From positions 1-34,356 of the forward strand of contig JAUCBJ010004198.1 in NCBI GenBank assembly GCA_032718475.1: a stretch of 34,356 nt of DNA. The letters run 5' to 3'. Source of the stretch: Nemertoderma westbladi (Eukaryota; Animalia; Xenacoelomorpha). A model generated the notes under the pieces. It was not told where the DNA came from and ran no database searches. It saw only the letters and a program-made list of their open reading frames with translations. The translations under genes and the position numbers were made by a program. This document shows, piece after piece, positions 1-9,950 of this stretch. Numbering within the stretch: the first letter of the stretch is position 1; each line of letters starts with the position of its first letter.

Positions 1-834
1 GGCCCTGCATACCTCCAGAAGAAAAATCTTAAAGGAGGCCAATAAATAAAAACCTGAAAGATGATCGAAATCTGATAATAATTCAGAAATAAGCCAGTAA
101 TCAGTAATAGCCTAAAAAATAGTAATAATTATAATTTAAATAGCGCACTACAGTATACAGTATGGTTATGTAAGCGCTGACACAATTCTAAATTCTAAAT
201 TGTATTTAATTTAAAATTTAATAAAACGAAATGGATTTTAACTGATCTACCGGTAGGCCAAAACTTTAAAATCAGCACTCTAAATTACTAAAATGTTACT
301 AACCATTCAGCTAGCGGTTCAGGTTAAAGGTATAGGTTTGGTCAAAAATCAGTGTTCGTGACGAAACCTCGGAATGAATACAGAATAGTAAACAGTGTCT
401 GTTTGTCTGTGTTCTGTAATAAACGTTTGTCTATGCCGCTAGACAACGTTTTATTTGGTTGATCACTGGTTCCATACTACCATAGAGAATGTAATACAAA
501 ATATAAGGGATAATTGTTTGTTACTATTACTATAATAATTAAAATACTCAGATAGGCCTAATCTAATAAGGTTTTTTATCTATCTAAAAAGGCTGCAGGT
601 GTGAAGGAAAGGATGCGGAATTCTGAACAATGTTTGAATGCTGAAAAAGGCTGAATTTGACTGAGTAATGAATATTTGAATATAAGGAAAAAACAGGAAA
701 AGCAGAAATGGTAGAATGTGGAAAGAGCAATAACCATAATTTGTGGGAATGTTGATACAGAAGCAGAACACAGAATGAATCGGAAAGTCTGAAAGTTGAG
801 CTTTATATACGGTCTGAATCTGAATGCTGATTGG

Positions 835-2065
835 TTACTCTATTCTGAGACATACTGTACAGTACAGTGTCGCTTCAATTTCATTTTCGGCACCAACAAA
901 ATTAGTGCCATTATCAGAGAATATTTGAATAGGGGATCCTCTCCGATTGATGAAACGCCTCAGCACATTGATAAAGGCATCTGTAGAATAATTAACTGCC
1001 ACATCCGATGGCTCGAGAATTGAGGCAGGTAAATAATATAGGCCATCGTTTGACTGAACCACGGCCATATTTTGTGCGAAGGGGGCCAAAGCTACTGCTG
1101 AGAAGGTAAAAGGAGGTTCATAAGGAGTCAGACATTGTGGAGGTAATGAGGCCATCAATTGGTTGCCCCGAAGTGCATGCGTTTTCCTACAGATGAAACA
1201 ATTCTGAACCATTTGTCTGCATAACGAATAAAGGGCGAGTATCCAGAACGTTTGTCTTATTTCTGTAGCAACATGAGAATATCCTACATGACCAAGGCGT
1301 TTATGTGTACTTAACACAATGGATTGAGCGAGGTGATGTTTTGAATCTAAAATTATTGGATATTTGGCATCATAGCTGACAGGTGCCGCGGTAATACGAC
1401 CACCAACACGTAAGAGACCATCATCAGTTAGAAATGGCCTGAGTTTGCTTAACGGACTATTTATGCTCAACTGACCACCTGAGTTGAGACAACTGATTTC
1501 TTTGGGGAACATTTGTCTTTGCACAAAATAGATAATTCGGTATCCAGAGTGTTTCATCTCTGGGTGAGTTATGTTGGTGCCTCTGAGAGGAACTACGAAT
1601 TTGGAGGATATAGAGAAGTGAATGAGGCGTAATAACGAGGCAAAGATAATTCGTAATTTATTCCAACTGAAGTGAAGTTTCAACAATCGATCAATAGCTG
1701 AAACAAAGTACTCTGATTCCTCTGATTGAATGGAATGTACAATGTCTTCATCACAATTATCAATAATGTAGTTTACATATTCTGGAATGGACTCAATGTC
1801 ATCAGTTGTAAATGTTTGAATTTGCTTCCATTGAACATTCTTCCAAGTCGACATGGTCATTGGAAGATGTAGTATTAAGGGAAGAGAGGAAGTTGGGTCC
1901 ATGCCATCAACTGTCCGAATTAAGAAGTTGTAGAGTTGTGGAATCTCTACTGGCTAAGTCAGCAGGATTCTCGTTTCCTGAAAAATGATACCACTGATTG
2001 CGGTCTGAATATAGAAGGATATGGGAAACGTGCCGCATGACATACATTGGGAATGATTTAGAAGG
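835..2065 (-). pseudogene. pol: Degenerate BEL/Pao retrotransposon pol fragment (end of RNase H, linker, integrase zinc-binding and partial core)
   Basis: Minus-strand translations contain BEL/Pao hallmarks: QWYHFSGNENPADLASR (RNase H end), LRPFLTDDGLLRVGGR, H-x4-H...CFIC (integrase HHCC), FINVLRRFINRRG...SDNGTNFVGA. There is a frameshift near 1905, an internal deletion in IN and truncation at ~860. Confidence 0.9.
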
Positions 2066-2101
2066 GAGATCATCCCATGATAGATTTATCAGCCACAGGA
2101 C

Positions 2102-2764
2102 GTGGAGAAACTTAAACTTGAGAACGAAAGTCTGAAGGTTGAAAACGACAACATGGACCAGTATTCCCGTCGAAATAATATATTGGTACATGGAGTTAAG
2201 GAGACGGCTGATCCAGGGGTCGATAAAGTGTACATACGGCAGCTGGTCGAGGATCTCGGCATACTACCGCAGAATATTGACCTTTTCCACCGCCTTGGAT
2301 CATCACCAGTTCCTGTTGAGGGTGGTAAGCCTCACTGCCGCCCTATTATAATTCGGTTTATCGGACACTCTTCTCGACGGACGATGTTTCTCAACAAGCG
2401 GAAACTTCCGAAGGGTATTTACATTTCGGAGCATCTAACGGCTCGTCGATCGGCCCAATTACGACGTGTTACTGCTTTGAAACAGAGCAAAGCAATCCAC
2501 TCAGCGTACTTGCTGAATGGGTCTATCTTTGTTAGGGTTACCGAGAAAAGCGGGCCTGTACGTATTAAAAATGATGGCGACATCAACGAGCTCAAATCTT
2601 CACTTCGCCGCCCACCTGGGGCAGCTGCATTGGCCCACAGGGAACCGTCAGTTGAACGTTTGTCTTCTCTGCGGAAATCCTCAGATCGGGTTGCCAGGAC
2701 GACCAACATTTACGACAACCTACCCGCCGATGATACCAGAGACTGTACAACCAAGGATGTTTAA
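2102..2764 (+). CDS. LINE ORF1 C-terminal part (coiled coil plus L1-ORF1-like RRM), 5'-truncated
   Basis: Motifs DQYSRRNNILVHGVKE, HRLG, RPIIIRF and GIYISEHLT are typical of L1-type/transposase_22-like ORF1 in CR1/L2-group LINEs. Confidence 0.85.
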   Translation: MEKLKLENESLKVENDNMDQYSRRNNILVHGVKETADPGVDKVYIRQLVEDLGILPQNIDLFHRLGSSPVPVEGGKPHCRPIIIRFIGHSSRRTMFLNKRKLPKGIYISEHLTARRSAQLRRVTALKQSKAIHSAYLLNGSIFVRVTEKSGPVRIKNDGDINELKSSLRRPPGAAALAHREPSVERLSSLRKSSDRVARTTNIYDNLPADDTRDCTTKDV

Positions 2765-2796
2765 TATGCCATGGGATCCTATGTTTCATGCATCTC

Positions 2797-2820
2797 GGGG
2801 GGGGGGGGGGGGGGGGGGGG
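2797..2820 (+). repeat. Poly-G tract (24 G) in the LINE inter-ORF spacer, followed by a short (TA)n
   Basis: Directly visible in sequence. Confidence 0.95.
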
Positions 2821-3169
2821 TCCATTGATTAAGTCTCGTGTCAGCATTATATATATATACATATATACACATTATTGCATTAGTTGTAAATTCTAAATTT
2901 AATTCTATATTCGTACATGTGCCGATGTTTTGTAAACAACTTGAAAGCACAGTTTATTAGACCAATTTATTTTGGTTTTGTCATCAGTTAAGCTAGGTGA
3001 TGGGTTTGGTTTTGCTATCGGGTAGTTAATCCAACTTTAATTGATATTACTTACTAATCGTTAGTTATTAATCTAGTTTGGCCTACGTTGTACAAATTAA
3101 ATAGTTAGATATAATAACATATACCGGTACTGCTGCCTTCATCATTGTGTATTGCGTGCTAAGTGACTT

Positions 3170-3934
3170 GTGCGTTGGTGGATGCGGGGACGCTGCCGTC
3201 TCGGTGTAACGGATGAATCCGGGGCCGGAAAACTTACATTTTGTTTCTCTAGTAGAAAATCAAATGAGTCCATTGCATATTGTGTTTTATGTAATTCTCT
3301 GTACCACTTACAGTGTGCAACTAGTCGTGATGATCTAGTTAGCAACCCTAAAAATTTCTACTGTATATATTGCCATGACACAATTTTCCCCTTCAGTTCC
3401 GTAGTTGATAATGATCCCGATATTTTTCCTTGTTCTTCGTCTTATCATGTTTTACTAAATAACGAATTTTTTTTGGAAAATAGCGGAAATGTAAATAATG
3501 AACCTTTGTCTCTAATAGATCCTGATTCCAACATGGAAACAAATTTTTTCACAAATAATTACGATCCTTATACGTTTTCACAATTTTCATAAACCTTAAA
3601 ATCAAATACTCTCAGTTTTTTTCACTTAAATTGCCGTAGCCTGCAGTCAAATTTAAATGACATTTCTACATTTATAGATCTTCTGCAACATCGCTTTTCG
3701 GTAGTATCTTTTACCGAAACTTTCTCTAAGGACGATAGCCGCGTTAAACTGTATGGTTTTCCTGGGTATAAAGCGCCCTATTTGTAACATCGTGGTAATA
3801 CTGTTCGGGGAGGCGTTGCCATGTTTGTTAGGGATGATATGGAGTCAGTACAACGTTCCGATTTAGTAATGCCTGATATAGATAATTTATGGGTGGAAAT
3901 AAATTCCAAAATTCATAATAAAACATTAATAGTG
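3170..3934 (+). pseudogene. LINE ORF2 N-terminus: PHD-like finger plus first half of APE endonuclease
   Basis: YCVLCNSLYHLQC...FYCIYCHDTIFPF (PHD-like plus FPF). After an in-frame TAA the frame continues FHLNCRSL...SFTETF...RGGVAMFV...LWVEI (APE motifs), with a second TAA near 3785. Confidence 0.85.
3930..3934 (+). other. Left target-site duplication TAGTG of the BEL/Pao insertion (right copy at 13719-13723)
   Basis: ...attaaTAGTG|tgttcgcgg and ggcaaca|TAGTGggcac. Confidence 0.92.
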
Positions 3935-4422
3935 TGTTCGCGGTATTTCAACTTTTCATAACGCGAGTTGAATATTTTTTTGTATTTATTTAAAATGATT
4001 ATTCCGATATTACTACTGGGTGCGGGACCATGGGTTTTGGGCACATTCTATGGACTGGGGGCGATTTATGGGCGAATATTGGGGCGACTTACAGGGTACG
4101 GGAATAATTTCATGTTTATAAGGGCCAGGGGTGGGAGGCAAAGTTAAGCAGTATTCAGGTTAGCCTGAGAACTATTAGGCCCTGGCCAACTTCCTGCTGC
4201 CTGTAGAGGTGGATTTGGTAACGCGCCAGGCCTAAAGGACAAGGACTGCCCTTAGCGGTCCCTGGCCAACAGCAGTTATTACGAGCCTGAAAAGGACATC
4301 GGAACGCCAGCTGCTTGTGTCAGGGATTTGCGATGGGAAACGACACGACAGACCCCGTAGCCAAGCCGTACTGGTTCTCGATGGTCTGGATGATCGTTCC
4401 CTTTGGGGTTCGTGAGGGGTGG
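3935..4422 (+). repeat. 5' LTR (truncated; first ~490 bp only)
   Basis: Matches 12717-~13200, with two substitutions by eye over the first ~435 bp (positions 4170 and 4334) and small indels near 4370-4390. It then switches abruptly to coding sequence. Confidence 0.92.
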
Positions 4423-5455
4423 GAACTTTGACTTCACCACCCTCCCCTTTCTGGTTGAAGCCAAGCGAAGAGGAGAAACGAACCACGTTTCTAAAGGAAC
4501 CCGGACAACCCAACGGAGAGAAACCAACCCGTTTAAAATCGCCACTAACGCATCACCAGTGATAAATATCTCAGCCACAATTAACCTTATAAATCGCCGT
4601 TACATGGTCTTCGCCAAAGTAATCCCAGTAAGAATTCAAGGGGTCGGCAAATCCTTGACAACGCTCGCATTCCTTGACAACGGGTCGGACGGAACCATCA
4701 TCGACCGGGATTTCCTCGAGCAACTCGGCCTAGACTATGAGCCTTGCAAACGGCCCATACAAACTATCACCGACCACAGAGAGGTAGAATCCGGGGAAGT
4801 GCAACTCCAGATGGAAGGGGTAATGAAGGGCTACGAGACGGTTAAGCTGACCATCAAGAACGCCTTAGTACACACAGACCTCCGAGTGCGGTTCCGACAA
4901 TCAGCCGAGTACGCCCCCCTCATACAGCTGGACCGAGACGACGTGGATCTAAGGTGTCCGCCGTTGGATGTAAACCGCATCACCCTACTGATCGGACTCG
5001 ATACACCGGAACTACATATACCCACCGGAGATGTCGCACGATCTATAAAGCAGGATGACGGCTTTTACGCTGAACGAACAATAATGGGATGGACACTCTG
5101 CGGCATCAAGGAAGAGACTACCGACACCTATACATACCTTCCTAAATGTCAGATTAAAGAAAATGCAACATCCGTGGGTTATTGCTCAGCTACAGACCTC
5201 GATGAGGATTTATTTCTTGAGACCGAAAAAACCCAGCAAGAGATGACTAAATACTTTAATCTAGAGACCCAAGAGTTCGCTGAAAAGGACGAAAACCCGT
5301 CCGAGGAGGATCAATATTGTATGGATGTCCTGGACCAGGCCACGTTCAATGACGGATACTGGTGTTCATCCATGTTATGGAAGGACCCAAACAAACCAAT
5401 GGCAAACAACGCCAACATGGCCCTTAGCGACTTAAGGGGATTCTACGCCGGCTGA
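4423..5455 (+). pseudogene. BEL/Pao aspartic protease and PR-RT linker (gag lost upstream; frameshift near 5425 into the RT frame)
   Basis: VIPVRI...TLAFLDNGSDGTII (catalytic D-x-G), ITLLIGLD, AERTIMGWTLCG, LWKD...NNANMAL. The alternative frame resumes RLKGILRRLNDQPEIKEKYN leading into the 5527 ORF. Confidence 0.88.
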
Positions 5456-5526
5456 ATGACCAACCCGAGATAAAGGAGAAATATAATACCGTAATCCAAG
5501 GATATCTCGACGATGGATTAGCAGAA

Positions 5527-8500
5527 ATGGTACCACGGAATGAACTGCAAGGGGGTAAAAGAACATATTATCTTCCAACCCACTATGTGGTAGAAGCCCG
5601 GAAGGGCGGTAAAATCCGAGTAGTTAATGATGCCGCTGCTATGTATCAAGGCGAATCCCTGAATAGTCAGCTTTATACGGGGCCCAACATATATAGTACA
5701 CTCATTGGCGTATTGATCAGGTTCAGGGAAAACCGGATAGCATTCACCTGCGACATCAAAGCCATGTTTCACCAGGTTCGTACGCTACCAAGAGACTCAG
5801 ACTGTCTACGTATCCTATGGACGGATAAAACCCTAACTCAACAGGAGATTAGTCAACTTACAATGAAGGATGTAGGCGTAATGCGTATGATCGTCAGGAT
5901 CTTCGGCGCTAAGGACTCACCGGTAGCACGTAGCGACATGCTGAAGAAGACGGCAACCATGTGCGAAAACGAGTTCCCTCCAACCGTCATAGAAACCATC
6001 CGACGATGCTTCTACGTGGATGACGGATGCGCTGGCGCAGATAATGTGGACGAGGCATGTCGGCTAGCAATGGGAATGGTAGAATGTTTAAAGAAAGGAG
6101 GTTTCCCGCTCGTGAAGTTCAGATCCCACGACAAAAAACTTATGGAAATGTTTCCGGAGGACATCCGACTGGACAACAACAAAATGTATTCGGAGGATGC
6201 GGAACACCGTGTACTCGGTATTGAATGGGACATAGAATCAGACGAATTCATTTTCAAATATAAACCCCTACCCAAGCCTATGACGAAAAGGGGATGTTTG
6301 GCGATAAAAAGCGCAATATTTGACCCACTAAATTTCATATCTCCGGTAACCTTGGCCGGAATGAACCTGATTAAGGAAATGTGGATAGAAGGACTGGGAT
6401 GGGATGAAGAACTCCCCCCACACCTCAGCGTCAAATGGAGAAAATGGACGGACCAGCTCGAACACCTACATCTTATGCGGATCCCTCGACCGTTTTTCCT
6501 CGATAAACTACCCACCAATATCTTCCAGCTCCATACCTTCTCGGACGCTTCGAATACCGGAATCGGCGTAGTTACCTTCTTACGAAGACTAAGCAACGAT
6601 GGAAACGGCGATACGAGCTTTTTATTTTCCAAAGCTAAGACAGTATCCGGGGAATTCGTGGCAACGATTCCAAGACTCGAGCTACAGGCTGCAGTTTGGG
6701 CAGTGAGACAGAACCGCATGGTCATGCGGAACCTACGAATCCCCATCGAATCTCAACACTTCTGGGTCGATTCGAGTATCGTTCTCTGCTATCTCCACTC
6801 TCCATCCCGACGTCACACTACGTTTGTAGCGAACCGAGCCACAGAGATAAAACAGTGTACCGGCCGAGAACAGTGGCACCACGTAAACGGGAAAGAAAAT
6901 CCAGCGGACTTATCAAGCCGAGGCGCCACCCCAAAACAACTCGGTAAAAGTAAACTCTGGCTTACAGGCCCGGAATTCCTACAGCAGCCACAATTGACAT
7001 GGAGTACCCGATTCGACCCCGAACTCGATAGCGGAAAATACTCCGAGGACGACAAAGAGATCCGTAAAGTCCATAGAAGCAACGCAGTGGAAATTTATAG
7101 TTGTCTGACTGAGCCTGCAAAGGACTCGGGCAGGCACTATAACGTTGCGACGATCATTCAACCAGCGGCGTCTTTACATCTGTTAATCGAGCGAACTTCA
7201 TCAATGAGACGGCTCATCCACCACGTTATAACCCTTCGCAACTTCCTACGGTGGAAAGACAACAAGCCGATAGTTCAATGGAGTATACAAGAACTCATTA
7301 TCGAGGAGAAGTGTATTGTTGGATATGTCCAGAGAGAAAGTTTCCCCGATGAGTGGGAACAACTCAGTGCGGGCAAGACCTTGAAACCGGACAGCCCAGT
7401 CTACCAACTGAGACCAATGATGGGAGAGGACGGACTGATCCGACTGAATACCTGGATGGCAAACGCCCCGGTCGAATATGAGGTTAAATACCCGGCGCTT
7501 CTGCCCGGAACTTCGATAATAGCCAAGCTATTAATTCAACAATGTCACGAGGAAAACCATCACTCAGGACAGAACTGGATTATAGCTAATATAAGACAAA
7601 GATATTGGATCACACACATCCAGCCACTGATCCGGAAAGTGTTGAAACGTTGCTTTACCTGCAGAAGATATCTAGTGCCACCACTCACACAAAAGATGGC
7701 CGACTTACCAGCCACCCGTCTACAGTCCGATTCCCCACCGTTCTATGTCACCGGAGTGGACTGTTTCGGACCGTTTACGGTCATCGAACAACGATCCAAC
7801 ATCAAATGCTGGGGGGCCATATTTACCTGCCTTAGGTCTAGGGCGATCTACCTAGACATTGTGGTGAACCTTACCCAACACGCATTCATCAACGCTCTGC
7901 GTCGGTTCGTGGCGAGCAATGGGACATGTCGTCACATGTACTCCGATAATGGCACAAACTTTGTGGGAGGAGAAAGAGAACTTAGAGAGGCGATCGAGGG
8001 ATGGTTTACCGATAACACCGCATCCCAAGTCTGGAAGGAACACCAGATACAGTGGCACTTCCAGACCCCCTTAGCACCCCATACGAGCGGGGTATGGGAG
8101 AAACTGATCGACTTAGTGAAACGATCCATGCGCGTCGCTCTAGGAGATACCCGGGTAACCCATGACACCCTCCGCACAACATTCTGCGAGATCACGGCTA
8201 CCCTGAACAACCGACCCATTGTCCCTATCCGCGACGACCCCACAGACCTGGAGCCCCTCACTCCTAACCACCTACTGGGGAGACCCAAAACTCATGTTCT
8301 CCCAGAGACAATGTTTCCGGATCCCAACGATATCGCGAGACATACAAATTGGAAGAAGGCCCAAGCGTTGGCAGCGCATTGGTGGAGAATCTGGGCCCAG
8401 GAGTACCTCATAACCCTCCGGACCAGGAGGAAGTGGAACAACACCTACAGGAATTTCGAAGTTGGCGACATGGTACTAGTAAAAGAAGACCTTAAAGACC

Positions 8501-8718
8501 GCGTCCACTGGCCTGTGGCGCGAGTTGTGACAATACACCCGAGCAAAGACGGACTTGCGAGGACTGTGACGATACGAACGGCAAAGGGCCACTACCAACG
8601 CCCTATCCAGAGGCTGTGCCTTCTTGAAGGCAATGACAGCGGTGACTCTACGAGAGGTGATAAGTTCCCTACTCAAGATCCTGCTGCAGACATTGGTGAC
8701 AATTACAAATGCATTTAA
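5527..8718 (+). CDS. pol: BEL/Pao Pol: reverse transcriptase, RNase H and integrase (uninterrupted 1063 aa)
   Basis: YLPTH, KIRVVNDAA, DIKAMFHQV, FYVDD (RT); FSDAS, IPRLELQAA, WVDSS, ENPADLSSRG (RH); CHEENHH...CFTC, GVDCFGP, SDNGTNF, GVWEKLI, LTPNHLL, WPVARV...DGLAR (IN). Confidence 0.96.
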   Translation: MVPRNELQGGKRTYYLPTHYVVEARKGGKIRVVNDAAAMYQGESLNSQLYTGPNIYSTLIGVLIRFRENRIAFTCDIKAMFHQVRTLPRDSDCLRILWTDKTLTQQEISQLTMKDVGVMRMIVRIFGAKDSPVARSDMLKKTATMCENEFPPTVIETIRRCFYVDDGCAGADNVDEACRLAMGMVECLKKGGFPLVKFRSHDKKLMEMFPEDIRLDNNKMYSEDAEHRVLGIEWDIESDEFIFKYKPLPKPMTKRGCLAIKSAIFDPLNFISPVTLAGMNLIKEMWIEGLGWDEELPPHLSVKWRKWTDQLEHLHLMRIPRPFFLDKLPTNIFQLHTFSDASNTGIGVVTFLRRLSNDGNGDTSFLFSKAKTVSGEFVATIPRLELQAAVWAVRQNRMVMRNLRIPIESQHFWVDSSIVLCYLHSPSRRHTTFVANRATEIKQCTGREQWHHVNGKENPADLSSRGATPKQLGKSKLWLTGPEFLQQPQLTWSTRFDPELDSGKYSEDDKEIRKVHRSNAVEIYSCLTEPAKDSGRHYNVATIIQPAASLHLLIERTSSMRRLIHHVITLRNFLRWKDNKPIVQWSIQELIIEEKCIVGYVQRESFPDEWEQLSAGKTLKPDSPVYQLRPMMGEDGLIRLNTWMANAPVEYEVKYPALLPGTSIIAKLLIQQCHEENHHSGQNWIIANIRQRYWITHIQPLIRKVLKRCFTCRRYLVPPLTQKMADLPATRLQSDSPPFYVTGVDCFGPFTVIEQRSNIKCWGAIFTCLRSRAIYLDIVVNLTQHAFINALRRFVASNGTCRHMYSDNGTNFVGGERELREAIEGWFTDNTASQVWKEHQIQWHFQTPLAPHTSGVWEKLIDLVKRSMRVALGDTRVTHDTLRTTFCEITATLNNRPIVPIRDDPTDLEPLTPNHLLGRPKTHVLPETMFPDPNDIARHTNWKKAQALAAHWWRIWAQEYLITLRTRRKWNNTYRNFEVGDMVLVKEDLKDRVHWPVARVVTIHPSKDGLARTVTIRTAKGHYQRPIQRLCLLEGNDSGDSTRGDKFPTQDPAADIGDNYKCI

Positions 8719-8988
8719 ACCCTTCTCATCCTGTTGACAAACTCTTTTAACTGTGATTTATCGACAATGAAAATGGACCCCCTTAAACCATCTGTAACCA
8801 CACAATGGTATTTGTGTTTCCTCGTGTGTTATGTGGAGTCCAGCGTCACCCTGCAGATGTTTCAACTGACGCAGCGTCGTTTATGTATTGTTAACCCTGA
8901 TTTTGGTCATCGGGACCAATGACATTGGATTATTGGAAATGGTAAAGATTTGAAGTGGAATTCATTGTATTCATTGTAGTATGTTATG

Positions 8989-9415
8989 TTGTCCGTTGCG
9001 TGCGCAGTTCGGGGCGTAGGCGGTGTAACTAGTCCAGCTGTAGATCCCAGATTGCCGCGCAACACCCCCTCTATCCCGTTATTCTGGTGGGTCCATGGTG
9101 CATCCACATGACTTCGACGATAGAGGGTTTTATGTTTCTCAGTCGCGTTATTCTGGTGGGACCGTTGCGTGGATTTTGGGGCGTAGGCGGTGTAACTAGT
9201 CCAGCTGTAGATCCCAGAATGTTGCGTAACCCCATCCCACATGACTTCGTCGACTGAGCTTTATGTTGATGGGAGTGTTATTCTGGTGGGTCCCTGGTGC
9301 ATCCACGTGACTTCACTCCCAGCGTCTTCATTGTCCGTTACGTGTGCAGTTTGGGGCGTAGGCGGTGTAACTAGCCCAGCTGTAGATCCCAGATTGCCGC
9401 GTAACACCCCTTCCA
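8989..9415 (+). repeat. Three imperfect ~170-bp mosaic direct repeats between pol and the extra ORF
   Basis: Core ggggcgtaggcggtgtaactag(t/c)ccagctgtagatcccaga at 9011, 9178 and 9353. A second motif gttattctggtggg occurs at ~9078, ~9147 and ~9277. Confidence 0.9.
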
Positions 9416-9950
9416 CAACAAAGATTTCCCAAAGAAGATGATTGAATGTAGTTGGTAATGATGAAAAGAATCAGACAACTCTACTATAAACTGAATGGTG
9501 ACGCGTATGATGATGAAAATGTAATGATGCGCACCCTTGTGCTGCGCTTATAACAAATGATGATAGCCGGGGGGCTATAACCCCAATGATGATGTGGAAA
9601 TAAATGGAAATGTGAAATAAATGAAATAAATGGTGGAACTAAATGATGAAATGTGTTGAAATAAATGAAATGTGATGAAATAATAATGAGAAATGAAAAA
9701 AGATAAAAAAGGTATAAAAAGTCTAAAGAAAAGAATTGGAAAAAAGAAAAGGACATAAAAAGTCATAAAAACTGGTTTGATGTTAATGTATAGCTATAGT
9801 AACTGTAAATGCTGAATGTATTAGCAATACGATGGCAGATGCCTATATAGCAATGTTATTTAATAAACTGAATTACAAATAAACTGAATTATTCTGCAAT
9901 CACTATAGTTTCAGACTTTCTGGACTTATAATTAACTGATCTAATTTGTA

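Noticed and set aside
6012-8676. Antisense and alternative-frame ORFs overlapping pol
   Set aside because: Shadow ORFs of a GC-balanced coding region with no recognisable motifs.
9011-9410. Self-cleaving ribozyme (twister/hammerhead/HDV) in the triple repeat
   Set aside because: Could not find the conserved catalytic cores (CUGANGA/GAAA, twister pseudoknot pairings) by eye; an Rfam scan would be needed to exclude it fully.
9484-9766. Hydrophobic minus-strand ORFs as an env/transmembrane protein
   Set aside because: Phe/Ile/Ser richness simply reflects the low-complexity A/G-rich plus strand; there is no env-like architecture.
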